From an uncultured Bacilli bacterium (GTDB taxonomy: Bacteria > Bacillota_I > Bacilli_A > RF39 > UBA660), in contig CALVQL010000001.1 in NCBI GenBank assembly GCA_944358235.1, forward strand, positions 1 to 48,612: 48,612 bases of DNA, given 5' to 3'. The first letter of the stretch is position 1; each line of letters opens with the position of its first letter. Shown one piece after another: positions 28,517 through 38,858 of this stretch. A program made the position numbers and the translations under genes. A model generated the notes under the pieces. It was not told the DNA's origin. It was given only the letters and a program-made list of their open reading frames with translations, and ran no database searches.

Positions 28517-29767
28517 TCAATTCTCCTTGACTATTTTAGTAATGCATTTATTTGAAAAATCGATTTTATTTAACATTTCGTTACACTCTAAATAGGACAA
28601 ATTTTCAATATCTTCGATTGTATCTGGTTTTTCATATCCAATACTTAATATATTATCGACAAAGGCCGAAATCACCTTAGTATTCCCATCCTCACGTAGC
28701 AAGAACTTAATTATAGCATCATTTTTTAATAGATTAAAATATTCTTCAGATATGAATAGTTCTTTCATTTTTTGCTCAGCAATAGAAATGAATTCGGAAA
28801 AGTCTGAGGTAAAACAGCCGATAGATATGACAAAAAAATTTTTTAATATATATGAATCGAAATTAATACTATAATTTGATATTTTTTTAGTTAATACTTC
28901 ATCATAAGCAAGTGAGGATTCGTTAAAATTGTATTCGAGAAAAAAGCCTATATAGTATTCTAATTTTAAAAGGTCATATGGTTTATAATTCGACATGTCA
29001 ATTTTATAATTCAAAGCAACATATTCATCTGCTGTATCCCACTTTAATTCACCACTCTCTTTGGCAACACTGACATCTTCATCTGGAATAAAACTCGTCA
29101 CATTTAATTGCTTATAATCTAAAGATGCATATATATCCGTTACTAATTTTTTTATCTCATCAGGTTTGACATTTCCCGTTATAGCTAATAATTGATTTTC
29201 GGGACGGTAAAATAATGAGTGACATAATTTTAAATTTTCATAGCTCATTTCAGAAACATCTCGAAGCGTTCCAATTGGTAATTCTGACGTATAATTTTTA
29301 AATAAACAAGATCTCGTCACTTTAGAGAACTGGCGAAATCGATTATCATCACTCTTTCTAACTTCTTCTAAAACAGCTTTTCGCGTATAATCGACATCTT
29401 CAGGCGTGAATTCGGCTTTATTAACCATATAAATAAGGTCATGCAATAATTCATCAAAATCAGAGACTGTATCAATAAAGAAATTAGTCGACTGATTTCC
29501 TGTCGATCCATTGAATCTGACATCACGATCGGAAAAATACTCATAGATATTTCCTTTAAAACTATGTTCTATCAACAAGTGCTCTAAAAAATGTGCAACT
29601 CCACTGGGAATATTATGACACTTTCCATCTTTTAAATAACTAGCATTGATGCCTCCAAATAAAGTTATAAGATTAGCATTAATGGAATGACGAGTTGAAT
29701 CAGCATGTATAACTAATTTTAAACCATTTGGCAATTTATATAACTTAGTCTTTTTCATTTTTATCAC
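28517..29767 (-). CDS. M16 (pitrilysin/insulinase) family zinc peptidase, catalytic-type subunit
   Basis: Inverted zincin motif HFLEH in GVAHFLEHLLIEH, with a downstream Glu-containing segment (RKAVLEEV). About 416 aa. Confidence 0.8.
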   Translation of the reverse strand: MIKMKKTKLYKLPNGLKLVIHADSTRHSINANLITLFGGINASYLKDGKCHNIPSGVAHFLEHLLIEHSFKGNIYEYFSDRDVRFNGSTGNQSTNFFIDTVSDFDELLHDLIYMVNKAEFTPEDVDYTRKAVLEEVRKSDDNRFRQFSKVTRSCLFKNYTSELPIGTLRDVSEMSYENLKLCHSLFYRPENQLLAITGNVKPDEIKKLVTDIYASLDYKQLNVTSFIPDEDVSVAKESGELKWDTADEYVALNYKIDMSNYKPYDLLKLEYYIGFFLEYNFNESSLAYDEVLTKKISNYSINFDSYILKNFFVISIGCFTSDFSEFISIAEQKMKELFISEEYFNLLKNDAIIKFLLREDGNTKVISAFVDNILSIGYEKPDTIEDIENLSYLECNEMLNKIDFSNKCITKIVKEN

Positions 29768-31004
29768 CTCTTAGGAAATAAATCGTATCTAACTTTATAC
29801 GTTTGATAAATTTTAGAAGTTCATCAATATCTATTCGTGAAAGTTTATTTAATTCTACAGCTAGACTATTGCCACTTTCTAATTTATTATCGATAAAATT
29901 ATCCAATTCGTAAGTTCTAGAATCTTTCACTCTAATTAACTTTACCTTGATAGATCTTTTTAAATTATCGATGCAAGTTTCTAAAAGTTCGCGATCATTT
30001 AATGATGCAAAAACCTCATTAATTGTCGATATCGCTGCTTCTTTAGAATCAGAGTTTGTACAACAATTGACATATATACAACCATAATTATCATACATTC
30101 CAACATTAGAAGAATAGACTAACCCCTTTTTTAAACGAAGAGCTTTAAAAATCAAATTATTTTCTTTATTATTTAGGATTGCATATACTGTATTCAAATA
30201 GAATAAGTCTTTAATACGCATGTTTAAAACTTTATATCCCATATAAAGAACCGATTGATTATAATTTTTAATTTCCTCAACTTCACAAACTGTTTCACGA
30301 GGATTTTGGAAACTAACATAATTCTTATTAATGTGTATAATTTCGTCTGACGGATTAAAATATTTGTCAATATATTCTAAAAGCAATTCTTTATCCGTAT
30401 CAGCAGTTACAAAAAACAAAGGCTTATTATTTAAGACTATTTTCTTATAATAATCATATAATTTAGACGGAGTCGCTTGCAACAAAAGCTTAGCATCATT
30501 ACAATTTCTAATTATCAAATGACCATCACAATCATATAGCTTTAAGAATTGTTCATAACTGTAATGATATATATTTTTTTCATCGGCAGCAATCGTATTA
30601 AGTAAAAAATCACGTTCTCTTATAAAACATTTTTCATTAAAGGCATTATTTTCTACATTAGGTTTGTATATCATATCGTGAAAGAATTCAAAAGCGTCAT
30701 CCAACGAAAAATTCTTTACTAAACGGGGATTGGGAATCTTCAAAGTAAATGTAGCATAAAGATTTTTATAATATGTGTGGACATTAAAAGATGACCCAAT
30801 AATCATTCTTTTAAGATACTCTTTTTTAAAGTCACGTTCGTTTGGATACATAGCAGATGAATTGTTTACAATCCGACTTATCAAATCTAATTCATATGAA
30901 TGCTTATCATCATATTCATACGGAAATATAACTACCATCGTTATTGTATTTAAATTTTTCTTTCGAATATAATATGGTTTACTATTTAACTTCAATGTCT
31001 TCAT
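29745..31004 (-). CDS. M16-like peptidase family protein lacking the HxxEH motif (probable non-catalytic partner)
   Basis: Same size and layout as the neighbour and overlaps it by 23 nt. The region where HxxEH is expected reads ELDLISRIVNN. Start placed at the second ATG (31002-31004), just after GGAGGA. The track start is 31022. Confidence 0.6.
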   Translation of the reverse strand: MKTLKLNSKPYYIRKKNLNTITMVVIFPYEYDDKHSYELDLISRIVNNSSAMYPNERDFKKEYLKRMIIGSSFNVHTYYKNLYATFTLKIPNPRLVKNFSLDDAFEFFHDMIYKPNVENNAFNEKCFIRERDFLLNTIAADEKNIYHYSYEQFLKLYDCDGHLIIRNCNDAKLLLQATPSKLYDYYKKIVLNNKPLFFVTADTDKELLLEYIDKYFNPSDEIIHINKNYVSFQNPRETVCEVEEIKNYNQSVLYMGYKVLNMRIKDLFYLNTVYAILNNKENNLIFKALRLKKGLVYSSNVGMYDNYGCIYVNCCTNSDSKEAAISTINEVFASLNDRELLETCIDNLKRSIKVKLIRVKDSRTYELDNFIDNKLESGNSLAVELNKLSRIDIDELLKFIKRIKLDTIYFLRGDKNEKD

Positions 31005-31066
31005 AAATCCTCCACTACTCATATGCGTATTTTACTATAAATGCTTAAAAAAGACAAACACTAGTT

Positions 31067-31438
31067 CTAGCGTCTGTCAGCTTTATTTTCGATGTCTGTC
31101 TTCTCTTTGAGTTCCTCTAGCAAATTCTTCACATTTCGGGAATACTTACGCCATACAGTTGAGGAATCGACATCGTTATTCATAGCGACTCTATCAACTG
31201 CCTTAGTCACGTTTTGACCTTTTATAGCGATTTTATAAAATAATTCCTGCTCAATCCCTTTTAATTCCTGTAATTTGGCATCTATTTTGGCAAGAATATC
31301 CTTATGCTGATCCTTTAAAACAAGTAATGCAGCACGTTCTCTTTCCAAATAGTTTCGCAAATTATCAATGGCATCGAGACGAAGTTGCATTAGAGAATAT
31401 TCACTCTTTGTATTGATAAAACTATTCAGAATTTTCAT
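31067..31438 (-). CDS. small coiled-coil protein with a putative C-terminal helix-turn-helix
   Basis: 123 aa. The N-terminal half is heptad-like. The C-terminal segment QNVTKAVDRVAMNNDVDSSTVWRKYSRNVKNLL looks like a sigma region-4/HTH. Assignment is tentative. Confidence 0.35.
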   Translation of the reverse strand: MKILNSFINTKSEYSLMQLRLDAIDNLRNYLERERAALLVLKDQHKDILAKIDAKLQELKGIEQELFYKIAIKGQNVTKAVDRVAMNNDVDSSTVWRKYSRNVKNLLEELKEKTDIENKADRR

Positions 31439-31502
31439 AGTACCTCCACTATATTTTATTTCATGAAGGCATTATTTTCTTGTATCATAGTACTAATACT
31501 AT

Positions 31503-31964
31503 CTAGTAAATCTTTCCACCTTTTTCGCGATATTCTTGCATAGCATTCAAGCATTCCTCACGATCAAGCTCTTGGATATTTAATAACTCTCGTCGATCAC
31601 CTTTTAGATATTCATAAATTGCATCATCACGAAATCCTATATTAGCAGCATCAGTTCGCGTACAAGCATAGTAAACATCTTTTATATTCGCCCAGATGAT
31701 AGCACTTAAACACATTGGACAAGGTTCACATGAGGTGTAAATTGTACAATTAGAAAGATCACTTGTCCCAAGTTTTTCACAAGCCATCCTGATAGCATTT
31801 ATTTCAGCATGAGCGGTCGGATCATTACTAGATAATACCGTATTTCCAGCAATAACTAAAATTTCGCCGTCTGAGTTAACAATAACAGCACCAAATGGTC
31901 CACCAGATTTACTCTTCATCCCTTCTAACGATTTGTTATAGGCAATACTCATGTACTTATTCAT
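31503..31964 (-). CDS. guanine deaminase (CDA-fold, GuaD-like)
   Basis: GGPFGAVIV, DPTAHAEINAIR and YTSCEPCPMCLSAIIWA closely parallel B. subtilis GuaD (GGPFGAVIV...DPTAHAEVTAIR...YTSCEPCPMCLGAIYWA). Confidence 0.85.
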   Translation of the reverse strand: MNKYMSIAYNKSLEGMKSKSGGPFGAVIVNSDGEILVIAGNTVLSSNDPTAHAEINAIRMACEKLGTSDLSNCTIYTSCEPCPMCLSAIIWANIKDVYYACTRTDAANIGFRDDAIYEYLKGDRRELLNIQELDREECLNAMQEYREKGGKIY

Positions 31965-32064
31965 ATCATCTCTCCTATTTTTTTAGTATATCAATATCAC
32001 TAAAAATTGTAAAGAATAGTTAATTTTAATTCGGATTAATCATATATTTATTGAGGAGTGAAAT

Positions 32065-33006
32065 ATGAATAATCTAGATAAAAATTTTGAATTACTGTAT
32101 TGGGAAATAAAGCGAAAAAATATTGGTGAAATATACGAACATGTTTTGGAACATTATCTAAAAATAGATGAATATAATCGCTTTGCTATCGAATCATTTT
32201 TGAAGCGATTCGGATACTGGGGAAATCTTGATTCGGGTCACAATGATTTTGAAGAACTATACAGAAGATGCGACTCTCTAAAGAATCATATCGACGATTA
32301 TCGTTGGCTTTATGAAAAGTTAGGCGATTATCGTTCTAAAAATGTGTTATTAGGAATTCTTTATTATTGGTATAATTCGGATTTTACAGTACTCGAAAGA
32401 GCACGAGAGACAAATTATAACCAGTACTTCGATTTAGACCTAATCAAGGTATCACCTGAAGAAGTATTCGTCGATGTCGGAGCATATACAGGAGATACGA
32501 TATTAAGTTATATAAACACTTTTGGTTTTGATAATTATAAAAAAATCTATGCTTACGAAATAACTCAAGATAGTTTTACAACAATGTGCTCTAATCTAGA
32601 GCAATATCCGAATATAGTATATGGATTAAAAGCCGTAAGCGATACTGATAAAACTTTATACGTTTCGTCAAATGTTACTTCATCATCAGCTAATGTTGCT
32701 AATACCTCAGGTCTTATTCCCGTTAGTGCAGTATCTTTAGATGCTGACATCGATGAAGCTATAACTATGATAAAAATGGACATAGAAGGTGCTGAGAAAG
32801 AGGCGTTAACCGGAGCGATAAAACATATTCAAAAAGATTCACCAAAACTTTTAATATCTGTATATCATAATCATCAAGATCTGTGGAAGATACCACGGAT
32901 GATCGATTTATTTAATGAAAATTACGATTTTTACTTGCGTTACTTTGGCAATCAATTTTATCCTACAGAAACTTGTTTAATTGCAATCCCTAAGAACAAC
33001 ACTTAA
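32065..33006 (+). CDS. FkbM family SAM-dependent methyltransferase
   Basis: VFVDVGAYTGDT (SAM-binding loop) and IKMDIEGAEKEAL signature, with an N-terminal extension of about 110 aa. Confidence 0.8.
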   Translation: MNNLDKNFELLYWEIKRKNIGEIYEHVLEHYLKIDEYNRFAIESFLKRFGYWGNLDSGHNDFEELYRRCDSLKNHIDDYRWLYEKLGDYRSKNVLLGILYYWYNSDFTVLERARETNYNQYFDLDLIKVSPEEVFVDVGAYTGDTILSYINTFGFDNYKKIYAYEITQDSFTTMCSNLEQYPNIVYGLKAVSDTDKTLYVSSNVTSSSANVANTSGLIPVSAVSLDADIDEAITMIKMDIEGAEKEALTGAIKHIQKDSPKLLISVYHNHQDLWKIPRMIDLFNENYDFYLRYFGNQFYPTETCLIAIPKNNT

Positions 33007-33027
33007 AAAGTGGTTGTTCTTTTTTAT
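32992..33027. terminator. bidirectional terminator between the FkbM gene and the XRE-family gene
   Basis: aagaacaacac-ttaaaaa-gtggttgttctt followed by ttttt. The 5' arm lies in the last codons of the methyltransferase gene. Confidence 0.65.
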
Positions 33028-34349
33028 ATGATGAATTCTACTGAAAAATATTTACCGTCCACCTCTTTTACTAAACGATATTCACCACTTTCTAGTTCAC
33101 CATACATAACCTTCCAGAAAGCTTTCATTTCTAAAATATTATTTTCATCGACCATATAAGCCATCGAATTAAAAGCATATTCTTCACCAGTAGTTTTTAA
33201 TTCCTGATACTCGCCATTTATCTTTTTGTCGATACGGAACCAAGCACCATAAACGTTATTCATATCACTCGAATCATTAATAACGATTACTGCCTCACTA
33301 TTTGTCAAAGTTCCATCTTTAATCGTCATCGTAACATCATCTAATTCGTTTAAATCCGAAACGTTATCTTCATACTGATTGGCAGATATAATATCATTTC
33401 GTTGATTGTTTCCAATACGATCAGTTTCACTTATAGATGTAATGTGGGAATAAGTAAATATATTACTAATAGTATCAGTATAAATTTTTCGCGTAGTAAA
33501 TGTGAATTCATAATATTTCCCCACCTCTAAATCATATTTACTATTAATTTTTACAGTTTCACTATTATTCTTATTATCAATTAATGTAACTTCAGAGAAA
33601 TTTTTCGCTTCCGATTTATCAACATTTAAAATATGATATGTTCTAACGAACTTTTTAATTTTTTGTTTACTATATCCACAGTATTCACCATCCAAAAATT
33701 CGGCCATATTTGGTCCTCCAAAATACATATCATGATTACCGTCTAGCGTATTACATACTATAGTAGTGAAACGACTGCTACGATAGATCGCTGTACCTCC
33801 GTCATATACTATATATTTTTCAAGGTTTCCTAAATCATACTGAGATTTTAAAAAATTATTTAAAGAATCCAATGTTTTTTCCTTTTTGAGTGCGCTTTTT
33901 AATTCATGACATTTTCCATCAGAATTACAAAGATTGACATTATCTATTCCATAATAGTATATATCTCTTGTTTTGTTAGTAGCGACTTTTATAACTTCCG
34001 CTTCATTAATTCCAGATACTTCTATACTATAGATATCAAATTTTTGCCAAAAATGACTTAATATAACAAATAAAACAATTATTACTATACATAAGCCAGT
34101 TATAACTTTATTTCTCGAGTTCTTTGGACTTCTATGGCGTTTTTTTTCGCCATTAATTAATTCTTCGATAGATATATCCAAAATATCGCATAGCGCTTTA
34201 TAAAGTGATACATCAGGCATATTGCGACCATTTTCCCAATTGCTTATTGCTTTTTCACTGACTCCCAACTTTTCTGCTAATTCCTGTTGAGTCAATTTTT
34301 TATTTTTTCGACGCTGAGCGATAAACCTGCCCACTTTTTCCTGATCCAT
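33024..34349 (-). CDS. membrane-tethered XRE-family transcriptional regulator with a large extracytoplasmic domain
   Basis: N-terminal Cro/C1 HTH (LTQQELAEKLGVSEKAISNWENGRNMP), one TM segment (VITGLCIVIIVLFVILS), then about 340 aa predicted to lie outside. Confidence 0.8.
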   Translation of the reverse strand: MDQEKVGRFIAQRRKNKKLTQQELAEKLGVSEKAISNWENGRNMPDVSLYKALCDILDISIEELINGEKKRHRSPKNSRNKVITGLCIVIIVLFVILSHFWQKFDIYSIEVSGINEAEVIKVATNKTRDIYYYGIDNVNLCNSDGKCHELKSALKKEKTLDSLNNFLKSQYDLGNLEKYIVYDGGTAIYRSSRFTTIVCNTLDGNHDMYFGGPNMAEFLDGEYCGYSKQKIKKFVRTYHILNVDKSEAKNFSEVTLIDNKNNSETVKINSKYDLEVGKYYEFTFTTRKIYTDTISNIFTYSHITSISETDRIGNNQRNDIISANQYEDNVSDLNELDDVTMTIKDGTLTNSEAVIVINDSSDMNNVYGAWFRIDKKINGEYQELKTTGEEYAFNSMAYMVDENNILEMKAFWKVMYGELESGEYRLVKEVDGKYFSVEFII

Positions 34350-34434
34350 AATCTTCTTCCTTTCACGGGAAAATATACAATAAAAGTTCCGTTTTTTACA
34401 GGAAGCATAACTAGAGTTTGTGCAAACTTTAAAA

Positions 34435-34689
34435 TTATTTTATTCCCTCTAATACTTTTTTAGCATAAGAACACTCAGCAATAACTTTTCTTCCCCTTAA
34501 TCGCGCTTGTTTAACTACTTCGTCGACTAATTTTTTTGCTATTTCCTGTCCACGATACTCTTTTTCAACACTCGTATGAACAATATTCAATACATCATTT
34601 TCTTCGCAAAAAACACATTCTCCAACTTTAGTATTCTCAACATATGCAATAATTTTACATTCCTCTTTTATATATTTATACTCGATCAT
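34435..34689 (-). CDS. small GNAT-like acetyltransferase (YjdJ type)
   Basis: 84 aa. VEKEYRGQEIAKKLVDEVVKQAR and the C-terminal CSYAKK pattern are typical of the short GNAT_2-like family. Confidence 0.65.
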   Translation of the reverse strand: MIEYKYIKEECKIIAYVENTKVGECVFCEENDVLNIVHTSVEKEYRGQEIAKKLVDEVVKQARLRGRKVIAECSYAKKVLEGIK

Positions 34690-34717
34690 TAAACATTGTC
34701 CTTCCTGATTATCGAAT

Positions 34718-35428
34718 TTATTTTAAAGTCTTCATAATTTCATCTGTCGTCTTTGACTTATCGTAACGATTAACAATCAATATGATAATTATAACTAAAG
34801 CAAATATTACTCCATAGAGAATTAATGCTGTATGGAAGTTCCCTTCGACGATATTAGCTCCAGCTAGCGTCGATGTAATTATCGATGGAAAACGGGCAAA
34901 AGTCGATATTATTATAAAACGATACGGGCGAATCGGCAGGAGAGCAGCAAGATATACAAACAAATCTTTAGGAGTCCCCGGAATCAAAAATAGTAGTAAT
35001 ATGATAAATTCGATTCTCTTTGTATCTTTAAACAATTTACTATTAAGGATTTTCTTTACCTTGTCTTTCTTGTAGAAATTATAGACAAATTCCCTTCCAA
35101 ATCTGCGAACCAAAAAAAATATAAAACATGATATTAAAAGAGAAGATATCATCACGAATAAAGTTCCCCAGACAGCTCCATAGCACATTCCTGCCAAAAT
35201 TTCAATGGGTTCACCAGGAATAACAACTAGAAAAATCTGTGCAAACTGTAAAGCAAATAATAAAAATATGCCAAATATACCAAGATCATCAATACTCTGC
35301 TTAAAATTTTCTCTACCTGCCTCAGTCAACAACTCTTTGAATAAAGGCACAAGATAGATCAATAGACCAATTAATAATACAATAAAGATGATACTTACAA
35401 TTTTTTTAAATACTACTGTCTTACTCAT
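34718..35428 (-). CDS. TVP38/TMEM64 (DedA-related, SNARE-associated) family membrane protein
   Basis: Polytopic, VIPGEPIEILAGMCYG motif, about 236 aa. Confidence 0.75.
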   Translation of the reverse strand: MSKTVVFKKIVSIIFIVLLIGLLIYLVPLFKELLTEAGRENFKQSIDDLGIFGIFLLFALQFAQIFLVVIPGEPIEILAGMCYGAVWGTLFVMISSLLISCFIFFLVRRFGREFVYNFYKKDKVKKILNSKLFKDTKRIEFIILLLFLIPGTPKDLFVYLAALLPIRPYRFIIISTFARFPSIITSTLAGANIVEGNFHTALILYGVIFALVIIIILIVNRYDKSKTTDEIMKTLK

Positions 35429-35497
35429 GATTACCTCAACTTCTCAAATTAAATATAACACAAAAAGAAGTAGATGTCATTCTTCCCAAATAACTTA

Positions 35498-36811
35498 CTA
35501 CTTCTTTTTTATTTCTTCAATTCTATTTAAAATTTCTTGAAATTGCTTTTCATGACCACTATTCGTAGGATGATAATATTTGTGATCTTTTATACTATCT
35601 GGCAAACATTGCATATTAGTAATCTTATCTTCAAAATTATGGGCATATAGATAACCTTTTCCATTACCTAATTCACTATCCAGTTTAGTAACTGCATTTC
35701 GTAAATGAAGAGGAACCTTTTCTTGCATCGTCTTCTTGGCATCTTTAGCTGCTGCCATATAGGCAGTATATAAAGAATTCGATTTAGGACTTAAACTCAG
35801 ATAAACGACGACTTGAGCGAGATTGACATTGCATTCTGGCATTCCGTTATAATGGCACGCATTATAAGCACTGGTTGCTTGAACTAAGGCATTAGGATTA
35901 GCAAGTCCGATATCTTCAGAAGAGAAGCGAATAAGTCTTCGAGCAATGTAAAGTGGATCTTCCCCCGCTTCAAGCATACGTGCTAAATAATATAGAGCTG
36001 CATCAGGATCACTATTACGCATCGATTTATGTAAAGCCGATATCAAATTGTAATGTTCCTCGCCCTTCTTATCATATAAAAACACCTTACTCTGAAGTGA
36101 ATGCTCCAATTGTTCTTTATTTATAACTCTTTTCGAGTTCTCTTCCTTAGTAATATTTATAACATTTTCTAAAGTATTAAGAGCTGTTCTAGCATCACCA
36201 CTACTTACATCAGCAATTATTTCTAAACACTCAGCATTAATTGAAACGTTTTTGTATTCTTTACTCTGTTCAAGAGCACGTTTTAATATACTAATTATAT
36301 CTTCCTTAGATAAACTTTTTAGTACATAAACTTTTGTACGCGATAGCAGTGCCGAATTCACTTCAAAAGAAGGGTTTTCAGTAGTAGCTCCAATGAGAAC
36401 TATATCCCCATTTTCAACATATGGTAAGAATGCATCCTGTTGACTCTTGTTAAAGCGATGGATTTCATCGACAAAGACGATTGTTCGCTTTCCGTTTGCT
36501 TTGTTAAATTTAGCAATTTCGATAAGTTCTTTGATTTCTTTAACACCAGCAGTAACTGCTGATAACTCATAAAAATGCGAATTAGTCTGTTTAGCTATGA
36601 TTTTAGCCAGAGTTGTCTTACCAACACCTGGAGGTCCCCAAAAGATCATCGAAGTAATGTTATCACTTTCAATCATCTTCCGAATTGGAGAGTTCTTGCC
36701 AACGATTTCTTCTTGTCCAAAAAATTCACTTAAAGAAGTAGGACGCATCTTATCTGCAAGTGGTTTAAATGTAGTATTCTCTTCATCTATTGTATCAAAT
36801 ATATTTTCCAT
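35498..36811 (-). CDS. rarA: replication-associated recombination protein A (AAA+ ATPase)
   Basis: [39 protein letters not shown] and [17 protein letters not shown]. Confidence 0.93.
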   Translation of the reverse strand: MENIFDTIDEENTTFKPLADKMRPTSLSEFFGQEEIVGKNSPIRKMIESDNITSMIFWGPPGVGKTTLAKIIAKQTNSHFYELSAVTAGVKEIKELIEIAKFNKANGKRTIVFVDEIHRFNKSQQDAFLPYVENGDIVLIGATTENPSFEVNSALLSRTKVYVLKSLSKEDIISILKRALEQSKEYKNVSINAECLEIIADVSSGDARTALNTLENVINITKEENSKRVINKEQLEHSLQSKVFLYDKKGEEHYNLISALHKSMRNSDPDAALYYLARMLEAGEDPLYIARRLIRFSSEDIGLANPNALVQATSAYNACHYNGMPECNVNLAQVVVYLSLSPKSNSLYTAYMAAAKDAKKTMQEKVPLHLRNAVTKLDSELGNGKGYLYAHNFEDKITNMQCLPDSIKDHKYYHPTNSGHEKQFQEILNRIEEIKKK

Positions 36812-36887
36812 AATATTACCTCAGCAATCATCTATATTATAACAAAAAAATGATAAAGTTGTCTTTTTCTAATATATGCGCAATTGG

Positions 36888-36923
36888 CATATAAAAACCC
36901 CGTTTATATCTAAAAAACGAGGC
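36888..36923 (-). terminator. rho-independent terminator after the flavodoxin gene
   Basis: Minus strand: CCUCGUUU-UUUAGAUAU-AAACGGGG (one mismatch) followed by UUUUUAU. Confidence 0.55.
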
Positions 36924-36938
36924 TCTATAAATTTTATT

Positions 36939-37415
36939 CTATTGTTTTAACGAATCAGTCCAAGCTCTAATTTCATCTTTTGTAATTTTTGATATATCAG
37001 ATGAGACTTCAAATTCTTTTGTTCCGATAATATTAGCATTATTACAAAGTTCTTTCATATCTTTTATAACTGTTCCAGGCCATCCGGCATTCGTCATAAA
37101 CAAAGCAATATTCTTGTTAGAAAAATCATTTTGAGACAAAAAAGTCAAAACTGGACTTGCCATTTTATACCACCATGTTGGAGTTCCAATAATTATTCGA
37201 TCATAATTAGCGATATCAAGTGAAATGGGTTTTAATTCTGGCATATAATTACGACCTACTTCTTCCTGTCCTTGTGCTACTACAGTATCATAATCAGAAG
37301 AATAAGGGATTACTGGCTCTAAAGAGATAATATCAGCATTTAAACATTGAGCTATTTGTTCGGCGATATATTTCGTGTTCCCCGAATAGCTATAATAAAC
37401 AACTAATGTTTTCAT
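36939..37415 (-). CDS. flavodoxin
   Basis: MKTLVVYYSYSGNTKYIAEQIA FMN-phosphate binding loop, 158 aa. Confidence 0.85.
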   Translation of the reverse strand: MKTLVVYYSYSGNTKYIAEQIAQCLNADIISLEPVIPYSSDYDTVVAQGQEEVGRNYMPELKPISLDIANYDRIIIGTPTWWYKMASPVLTFLSQNDFSNKNIALFMTNAGWPGTVIKDMKELCNNANIIGTKEFEVSSDISKITKDEIRAWTDSLKQ

Positions 37416-37432
37416 ATTAATTTCTCCCTAAT

Positions 37433-38086
37433 CTAACTTGTTTTTGCATTTTCAACAAACTTTTTTACTTTATAAAAATCCTTTTTAGAAGTATTTTCGT
37501 TTTTACATCCACTATTTACGTCGACCCCGTAAGGATTAACTATACAAATAGCTTCTTTAACATTATCTGGATTTAAGCCCCCTGCCAAAAAAGTTGGCTC
37601 TTTTAATATTTTTACCAATTCTTTACTTTTATTCCAGTCATGAGTTAATCCAGTTCCGCCGACTTGATTAGTCTTTAAGTTGAAACTGTCTAACAAATAA
37701 AAGTCGGCATATTTCATACTTTCATAATCAGTAATTATTTTTCCGGAATCAGATACATGAATAAGTCTAACTAATTTTATGTTTGGCAATTCTTCAACTA
37801 TTTTCTGTACTTCCGATTCGGAAATATTAGAATGTAGTTGAATGATATTGTTGCCGATATATTTTGTCAATTCAATTATCTCAGATGCATCAGTTAGATG
37901 TGTTACCATCGATATATCACACCTTTTGTTTACAAAATCAACAATACTTTTGGCAGTGTATTTATCGATAAAATCATTGCTTGCATGTTCTTGACCAACC
38001 AAAATGCCAATGATATCGGCTCCCGCGTTTAAACACATTCTGGCATCTTCAACACTTCTATTACCACATATTTTTACTTTTACCAT
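37433..38086 (-). CDS. trpF: phosphoribosylanthranilate isomerase
   Basis: VKICGNRSVEDA N-terminus, QLHS, GGTG, FLAGGLNPDNV and GVDVNSG motifs. Confidence 0.85.
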   Translation of the reverse strand: MVKVKICGNRSVEDARMCLNAGADIIGILVGQEHASNDFIDKYTAKSIVDFVNKRCDISMVTHLTDASEIIELTKYIGNNIIQLHSNISESEVQKIVEELPNIKLVRLIHVSDSGKIITDYESMKYADFYLLDSFNLKTNQVGGTGLTHDWNKSKELVKILKEPTFLAGGLNPDNVKEAICIVNPYGVDVNSGCKNENTSKKDFYKVKKFVENAKTS

Positions 38087-38132
38087 TTTATTTCTCTGAA
38101 TTCTATTAGTATTGAGCTATTAACGTTTAGAA

Positions 38133-38858
38133 TTATTTATAGTCTGAACAATCCAAGCCTCTCGTTATGTCCCCATCATCACTGACATATATACAACTTG
38201 TGTTATCATCATTGCAAATTGCATTAGCACATATATCTTCCTTTATACTTGGCCATAACATTGAGTAAAATAATGAAGAAAAAATAGCAATCATAAAAAT
38301 TAACATAATAGGTACACATATCAAGATTGCACCAGCAACATTTGTACCACCCTTTTGTTTCACAATTGAAGCTATATTGACTTGACTGTTAGATGATTGT
38401 GAAATAATTTTGTTAATTCTTTCTTTGGCATACTCCAAATACCATTCGTTAAATTTCAATCCAAATACAATCATTCCTGCAATAGAAATGATAGACATTA
38501 AAATATTGAGATCAAGCAAAGTGCAAATTAATGAACAACCCAATAATATTGCAAAATATATTCCTAGCATCTTCCAAGCTTTACGATATATTAGATATGG
38601 TCCTGTAAAAAAGAAAGCAGGCCATGACCATTTTTTTTGCTTTATATTATCATAATTAACACCGACATAGATTTGCAACAAGGATTCTTGATCTAAAACT
38701 GGATTATTATTGACAAAATTGACATTCCCATTAGCGATATTTTGATTAAAACTATTATCACTTGGAATCTGACTAGTATTATTTACTAAATTCTGTCCAC
38801 AAACGCTACAAAAACGCTCCCCATTAGAATATTCTCTACCACAATTTAAACACTTCAT
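38133..38858 (-). CDS. zinc-ribbon / DUF2628-type membrane protein
   Basis: MKCLNCGREYSNGERFCSVCG zinc ribbon, then WSWPAFFFTGPYLIYRKAW (DUF2628-like) and TM segments. ATG at 38856-38858 is preferred over the track's GTG at 38870, which abuts the AAGGAG RBS. Confidence 0.7.
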   Translation of the reverse strand: MKCLNCGREYSNGERFCSVCGQNLVNNTSQIPSDNSFNQNIANGNVNFVNNNPVLDQESLLQIYVGVNYDNIKQKKWSWPAFFFTGPYLIYRKAWKMLGIYFAILLGCSLICTLLDLNILMSIISIAGMIVFGLKFNEWYLEYAKERINKIISQSSNSQVNIASIVKQKGGTNVAGAILICVPIMLIFMIAIFSSLFYSMLWPSIKEDICANAICNDDNTSCIYVSDDGDITRGLDCSDYK

